Made by a program: the position numbers and the translations under genes
Assembly: GCF_001194135.2 (NCBI RefSeq)
Contig: NC_068997.1
Location: 28,308,058-28,364,291 of the forward strand
Source of the DNA: Octopus bimaculoides
Taxonomy: Eukaryota
Reading direction: 5' to 3'
DNA length: 56,234 nt
Part shown: piece by piece, positions 49,279 to 56,234 of the stretch
How positions within the stretch are numbered: position 1 is the stretch's first letter
How the letters are laid out: every line of letters starts with the position of its first letter
Notes under the pieces: generated by a model
Told to the model about the DNA's origin: nothing
What the model saw: only the letters and a program-made list of their open reading frames with translations
The model's database searches: none

Positions 49279-51718
49279 CATATTACTCTAATCCCGACAC
49301 TCCAGGGTTTTGTTCCGTTCGGCTACGGAAGCAGTGACCCCTCCCATTTAACGCAGCATCCAGGACGTGGAAGGGAGCAAAGAAGTCACAAACTGTGGCG
49401 TCCTACATGAGGTACCTGCCTTCCATCATTTCTGGATAATCTCGCCGAGATATATCGTACACATATTTCTAATTTCAATCTTGACTTTTGAGAAAAAAAA
49501 AGTGCGCATTATGCATGGATTTTTTCAGTATTAATGTAAAACGAAAAGTCTCAAGAATAATTCGATATAAATGGTGAGGTGTTGATGCAAGTTGGACATT
49601 CTACAAGATTATCAATATTTGTGGGGTTGCTTCTCTCTGAGCCTCGTTCAATGTTATTCTCATGAAAATACCTGGTTATTCTTTTACTTGTTTCAGTCAT
49701 TTGACTGCGGCCATGCTGGAACACCGCCTTTAGTGGAACAAATTGACCCAGAACTTATTCTTTGTATGCCTAGTACTTATTCAATCGGTCTCTTTTGTCA
49801 AACCGCTAAGCTACGGGGACGTAAACACACAAGCATCAGTTGTCAAGCGATGGTGGGGGGGGGGGCGACAAACACAGACACACACACTCACAGAGATTAT
49901 GTTAATTTATGTTCCTTTAAATTTTATTTGTTTTAAACTATTTGCTATGTTCTTATTGTGATACAAATAAAATAAGTATCCAGAATATTTATTCTCTGTT
50001 TTCTTATATTTACGACCGGCTTCTTTCAGTTTCCGTCTACCAAATCCATTCACAAGGCTTTGGTCGGCCCGAGGTTATAGCAGAAGACATTTGCCCAAGG
50101 TACCACGCAGTGGGACTGAACCATGTGGTTGGTAAGCAAGCTACTTAGCACACAGCCACAAATATACTTCTTCACCTTAGTACCCTATCAATTACGATTA
50201 TTTTCCGACTTTCGACATGAATATTGTGGGTTTTTTTTCGTATTAGATTTAACAGTTTGATTGTGTAATTAAGCGTCGTGCTTATTCCTGTAATGATGTT
50301 GTTTATCCACTAAAAGTTAGAATTGATCATTTCTACTTCTGTAATACTTTTTCGGTATCTCCTGTGGACACGCTTTTCATGTCCACCACCAGTGGTGGCT
50401 CGTAGATAAAATTAGTTGGGGTGCTACTTCAGAAAATTTTTAGCCATTGTTTTAATATTGTGTATAAGGAAACAAACATATAAAAAGGAAATTTATGCAT
50501 AAACTTGATCGGTTCGCGTTTTAGCGACTGCCGAGTAGTGTGTTTAATTTGTTCACTGAACACCGCCGGGAATTCGCCCCTTGTTTTTCAAAAATCCCCC
50601 CTAAATTACAAAATAAGGGTGGGGAAATCTGCCCTATTTTTCATATCCTAGCTGCAACACTGAAGCTGGAAGCAGGATAATAATCTCAATCTATACTTTA
50701 TCACATTCAAGAATATAAACATGTTTTTAAGCACAAAACACGCGAAGTCAAAACGAAACACTACCTTTCACCAGCCCATCAAGGTCGGCACTGCGTAAAC
50801 CACAGTGCTCTCTTCCCCTAGCGTACAGCTTCTCATCTCGGACATGTGAGCATGCGCACAACAGCCACCGCATCGCTGGAACTGTGACGCGCACAGTTCT
50901 ATACAAGGATTTTTGTATTTTTTTCATAAACTAAGAGATGGCTACTGACATTAAGCTTAAGGATTAATTAATGTACAAGTATAACGAAAGAATTAAAGCA
51001 AAAAAAGGACTTATTATATTGAATGGTATCGATAATATCGAGTGGAAATAGGGAGTGCTGCAGTTCCTATATACGAGCAGCCACTATCCACCACCAAAAG
51101 TGTTTGATTCTTGCTCTGTAAAATGATATTTGATAAAATATGTGAAAAAAAAGTTAAGAAAATCTGAAAAATTCACTTTTGCAAAGAGTGTTGTTGGAGG
51201 TGTCTCCGCCTCTCCAAAAGAGAGAGTTTTTTTTGTTTGTTTGTTTGTTTTTTCAAAGCCGTGGGGTAAAACCGCTTTCCACTGTTAATGGTAATAAAAT
51301 TTTAAGTAGATATATCTGTTTTCCGCGTTCAAAGGATTAAGGCAGTTTTTTGTATCTTAACTATGATTTGTAAAGTGGTATTTTCCGGTAACATAACTAC
51401 TGCTCATAGAGCAGTAGTTATGGACATTTTGGAATGCTTTCATCATCTATCTATACGAACTACGTGACCATCACACCACATTCTGCTACATTGCAAGAGA
51501 ATTTTTACGTTTACAACATTCACTAACTTCACAATCTCGACATCACTCACATAATCTCCCCAAGACATAGACATAATTTATCAAAGACACTTTTACTGAA
51601 ATGCTCGAAATATTTAACATGTCATGGAAGCAGTGTCTACGTTTCACAAACATATAACAAAACGGAAACTATGCCCGTTTCGTAGGCGTGGCTGTGTGGT
51701 AAGAAGCTCGCTTCCCAA

Positions 51719-53152
51719 GAAGCTTACTTCTCGCACATGCGTCGGTCTATTCACTGTGTTGATTTTTGACGAGACGGACGGAATTTTTTGAGCTGCTTGG
51801 CAGCGGTTTGTCGGTGAGTGTTGAACCGGTGGAAAGGAATGTATTCGGACCTTAGCGAGTATGAGCTGTCCTCAGCGGAGGAGGAGGAGCTCGTTAAGGC
51901 GGTAAATAGAATGGACGAGCATTTGGAAAAAGTAAAGAGTTTTGCTGAGGCTGCAGAGGTGAAGAAAAGGGAAGTGGACCTAACCGGACTGAAGGAGCTG
52001 TGTAAGATGACACAGAAGGTGGGTGCTGACGTAAAGTTATTACCCCCGAAAAGGGTTATGGAAAATATGGAAAAGAAGACCATTACCTACAAGGTGTACG
52101 CAGTGGAGAGTAGGAAGGTGGAGCGGATGGAGATGGAAAAAGTAGAAAAAGCATTGAAGGGGCTTTCGAAGGAAGTGACATATATAGCGAAAGGAAATGG
52201 GTACGGGACGGTGGTTGTCCAGTTTAGGATGGCAGAGGAGGCAAAGAGGTTGGCGAGTACAACGGTGAGAATGGAGGAAGTAGTACTTCTACCTACGTAC
52301 CGTGGAAGAAAGANNNNNNNNNNNNNNNNNNNNNNNNNNNNNNNNNNNNNNNNNNNNNNNNNNNNNNNNNNNNNNNNNNNNNNNNNNNNNNNNNNNNNNN
52401 NNNNNNNNNNNNNNNNNNNNNNNNNNNNNNNNNNNNNNNNNNNNNNNNNNNNNNNNNNNNNNNNNNNNNNNNNNNNNNNNNNNNNNNNNNNNNNNNNNNN
52501 NNNNNNNNNNNNNNNNNNNNNNNNNNNNNNNNNNNNNNNNNNNNNNNNNNNNNNNNNNNNNNNNNNNNNNNNNNNNNNNNNNNNNNNNNNNNNNNNNNNN
52601 NNNNNNNNNNNNNNNNNNNNNNNNNNNNNNNNNNNNNNNNNNNNNNNNNNNNNNNNNNNNNNNNNNNNNNNNNNNNNNNNNNNNNNNNNNNNNNNNNNNN
52701 NNNNNNNNNNNNNNNNNNNNNNNNNNNNNNNNNNNNNNNNNNNNNNNNNNNNNNNNNNNNNNNNNNNNNNNNNNNNNNNNNNNNNNNNNNNNNNNNNNNN
52801 NNNNNNNNNNNNNNNNNNNNNNNNNNNNNNNNNNNNNNNNNNNNNNNNNNNNNNNNNNNNNNNNNNNNNNNNNNNNNNNNNNNNNNNNNNNNNNNNNNNN
52901 NNNNNNNNNNNNNNNNNNNNNNNNNNNNNNNNNNNNNNNNNNNNNNNNNNNNNNNNNGAGTAACACACTTTTCATATTCTCATTTCTCAGGCATCATTCA
53001 TGTATCATTATTTCAATATTTTGATTTTAATGTTTTTCATGTTCATTTTCATGTCATTTATAGCACCATGTGTTTATTTTAATTGTTATGTCTCCACATG
53101 TGTTGTAGTGTCCCCCTCTATGTAATGCCTTTATGGCAATTCAAAAGAAATA
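51719..53152 (+). mobile_element. L1/Tx1-like LINE with 5' UTR and ORF1, inserted in a SINE, 18-bp TSD; middle lost in gap 52314-52958
   Basis: TSD AAGAAGCTCGCTTCCCAA at 51701-51718 and 53153-53170; AT-rich 3' UTR ending GAAATAA. Confidence 0.8.
51839..52313 (+). CDS. LINE ORF1 N-terminal part (acidic/coiled-coil plus RRM-like), runs into the gap
   Basis: Uninterrupted purine-rich ORF MYSDLSEYELSSAEEEELVKAV...GTVVVQFRMAEEAKRLASTTVRMEEVVLLPTYRGRK; resembles L1/Tx1 ORF1 from memory. Confidence 0.7.
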
Positions 53153-53517
53153 AAGAAGCTCGCTTCCCAACCACATGCTCCGGGTTCAGTCCCACCTTGG
53201 GCAAGTGTCTTCTACTATAGCCTCGGGCAGACCAAAACTTTGTGAGTGGATTTGATAGACGGAAAGTGAAAGAAACCTGTTGTATGTGTGTCTTTGAGTC
53301 AATGTTTGTCCCCTCACCACCATTTGACAATCAGTATTGGTATGTTTACGTCCCCGTTACATAGTAGTTGGGCAACGGAACCGAAAGAATAAGTACTAGT
53401 CTTATTCTAACCGATAGAATAAGTTCCAGTAGGTACTGGGGTCGATTCATTCGACTAAAAATTCTACCAGGCGGTGCCCCAGAATGGCCGCATGCTAATT
53501 ACTGAAACAAGTAAAAG

Positions 53518-53558
<41 letters not shown>

Positions 53559-54006
53559 CGATGTGACCATACAGAAGAAAGTAATTTTCAAAAGATATCC
53601 ATAACTCTATTTACGACCAAAACATACGAAGGGATGTACGTTTTATTTTTTTTTAATAAAAAGTTTTACGACATACTGTTATTTTAGAATAGAAGCGGAG
53701 TTTTAAATGACAGGCCTGATAAAGAGCAACAGTTTTATCAAAATTTATTATGGGTCCTAACATGTTACATAACACGGGAATTTTATCTACAAAGATTTTA
53801 AAGATCTATTTTTTTTTTTGCGACAACATCGCAGGCATTAGCATACAAGAGACCTTTCATCACAGACAAAAATTTGATTTAGAATTAAACCGTTACAGAT
53901 AACTTTCCAGTTGTGTAGTAGCAAATGTAAATATTCTGTTGTGAAGCACATATAACCAATTTAGACGGTACAGTAAGACAGATGTGAGCAGTAAAGCTCA
54001 CATTTC

Positions 54007-54094
54007 TTGATAATATATGTAAATTTTGATAATATATTTAAATTGATAATATATGTAAATTGATAATATATGTAAATTCAATAAGATATGTGAA
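54007..54094 (+). repeat. ~17-bp minisatellite TTGATAATATATGTAAA, 4-5 copies
   Basis: Direct reading; the last copy is degenerate. Confidence 0.85.
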
Positions 54095-55039
54095 TTTATG
54101 ACAAGAAAACTTTTCTGCAAGTTATAATACGATTCACTCAAAAGTTTTTAATGAAGTCAACGAAGAAATGAATGCAGCGAACGCTTTGATCAAAGCATAT
54201 TTGTAACCGATCAGCTGAAATTATGTCACTGGTTCAATATAAAAGCGTGAGCGTCAGAAACAAAGGATATGTAGCATAAAAACGTGGGCAACAATGGCTG
54301 CTTGTTGGCTTCGTCGGATGTCACCAATTGCCACAAAGGTGTTTTTTTATAGATTCGCTATGTGGTTGTGTTGGATTACTAACCGCGTGTTAATGATGAG
54401 CAAAATCTCGTGAACAATTAACAGAAGTTTTATTCACTGCACATGTTTTTCATATCGATCTTTGAATGATGAATAAGAACAATAATTTATACACATAGGA
54501 ATAGATAAACTGTGAAGTTAAAACAAAATAGCTGGTTAGTACAGCTCCGTGACCGCACTACTACGATCGGAGAAAAATCATAGTAAATTTAATGGCTTCC
54601 AATTTGCTCAATAAGTAAATCTGCGGCTTCCAGCTTGTTCAATAAGTAATTGTTAAAACAACTTTTGCTCTGCGTTTTCTGCTCCGGCTGAAAACTGAAA
54701 ACTAAAGCGAGAATGTTATTTTCGTAGCGGCGGCCTACAATATTTCGAAGTTTTAGCGCCAAATATTCGTCTGTTCATAAGCCCCGTTTGAAGGAGTCTA
54801 GAAGATTACATCACGTGATAGCTCAATGCTGATTGGTCAGTAACATGGCCGATCACGTTAAATAATCATGGCCAAGCCGTGAGTCTTACTCGGCAATTCA
54901 ACGATTCAGTTTCGAATCTGGTACTCCTGCAGGAAAACCTGAAATTCAGAAAGAACGGATATCCCAAATGTAGAACGAGCGACATCACTGAAACAAGAAA
55001 TCCTTTCACCATGTAATCCCTCCTTACCACTTTTTCCTT

Positions 55040-55310
55040 TATGCAACACAAACGATGTTTGTGTAGGGTTCATATAGTGAGTATCGTGGTCTACGAAACG
55101 CGCGATGTTACACCGCTAAAAGAGGAAGCAACGTTGTACAAACTCAACTGGAAATTGTTAGAACATTCTGGACCATTTCTGAATGGAGGTAGATGTTGCA
55201 AGCTTTGCCTGACGAAAAGGAGAATCATTCTAAGAAATTCACACCATCCGGGTGCTTTCCTGAACTCAAAAAGCGAAATATTCGTATCGTGCCCTCATGA
55301 GCGGTACGAG
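55040..55310 (+). mobile_element. Penelope-like element remnant, GIY-YIG endonuclease C-terminus
   Basis: YKLNWKLLEHSGPFLNGGRCCKLCLTKRRIIL...LNSKSEIFVSCPH fits the W..L.....Y....K.C.LCL.EK..I....LN.RSE....C.H pattern. Confidence 0.7.
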
Positions 55311-55644
55311 TCGACATGGCCTGAAGTTGTTCTGTTTATTTTTTGTATTTGAAAGTTCATTCTGCTGTCTTCTTTGTGTCATAATACTACTTAATCAATG
55401 TTTGTATGTTCATAAATTGTGATTATCAAATACATTTTCTCCTTTTTCTTATTGGCAAATCTAATCAATATATATAATACGTTATGTGTGGTGAATATAT
55501 ATTTAACATGCTTTATGTATTTGTATATACACTTACTTCACTATTTATTATTATTCTACTTCATATATTCCACTATTACCTTTTATATTTTGTTTACAGA
55601 GAGGTATCATGTATTCAACTTCAGCCTATTTAATTATAGCATTA

Positions 55645-55720
55645 CAGTAATCCCTCGATTATCCCGAGTGTTACATCTCCCCCACTGCGATAGGTGAAAA
55701 TCCGCAAAGTAGAAACAGTA
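55645..55720 (+). mobile_element. Tigger/pogo-like TIR fragment
   Basis: TA followed by CAGTAATCCCTCGATTATC. Confidence 0.5.
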
Positions 55721-56234
55721 TTGTATATCATAGATTCCCGTCATCTCTCCAGTGCTCTGACGACCTAATCTTTAGGAAACTCGAATGTTTGGTCAATGTC
55801 AGGCTCTCTCCAGAGTCCCTGCGAATAGGTTGCTTTGCTCAAACGGTTTGGGGGTCGAAGTTTGCACAAGTGCTCATCTCTATTATCTTTTAGTAGAAAG
55901 TGGGTTATACATCTTTAGATTGTATACCTAACTTTCTACTATAAAATTATAGAATATAACGGAACGCTGAACTCCAGACTATCAACTTAAACAACACTTA
56001 TTCAGGTGGTAAACATACATATATTTTGTTCTTGTTGTTACAGCTTTTGTGTGTATGAGCATAGTTGTTGGGACGTTGTTCTGTAGTTGTGAGCGAGCTG
56101 TCGAGTGTAAGTCCGAGAGATGTAGAGAGACAGCTTAAATACGTCCATGCTCAATCGCTGGCCAGCGAGAAAGAGAATGAATTGAGCGGGAAACGCTTGG
56201 TTGTTTAATTCTACGCATGCGTAAGACTACGCAA

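Larger units (their letters stand above)
6356..52958. other. Assembly gaps: 6356-6702, 7552-8130, 12098-12897, 14980-14989, 19495-19503, 20092-20767, 21980-21995, 41600-41770, 48129-49126, 52314-52958
   Basis: N runs. Confidence 1.

Noticed and set aside
50390-50662. Possible CAGTG...CACTG TIR element
   Set aside because: TIRs are weak and no TSD was found
1-56234. CRISPR arrays, rRNA and genuine tRNA genes
   Set aside because: Eukaryotic DNA with no repeat-spacer arrays; tRNA-like boxes belong to SINE heads and lack a full cloverleaf

Overview
Gappy, AT-rich, microsatellite-rich eukaryotic scaffold with spliceosomal introns; the repeat content resembles octopus DNA (organism is my inference from remembered repeats, not a search). 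Two convergent multi-exon genes were reconstructed by hand. (1) On the + strand (~3.07-15.4 kb), a secreted or membrane protein with signal peptide, three divergent CUB domains and an LDL-receptor class A repeat; one exon is probably lost in an N gap and the C-terminus is unresolved. (2) On the - strand (40056..26033), a complete 8-coding-exon, 657-aa LIV-1-subfamily ZIP zinc transporter (ZIP6/ZIP10/foi-like). The rest is mobile DNA: SINEs, RTE-type LINE pieces with a PHD-like finger, mariner fragments, TTAA-flanked MITEs and a Penelope-like GIY-YIG remnant. The most notable observations are a 141-bp near-perfect palindrome (49138-49278) whose arm folds into a minimal type I hammerhead ribozyme of the kind carried by Penelope-like retroelements, and a 5'-intact L1/Tx1-like LINE inserted in a SINE head with an exact 18-bp target-site duplication. 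Most long ORFs in the supplied track are N-gap or microsatellite artefacts.
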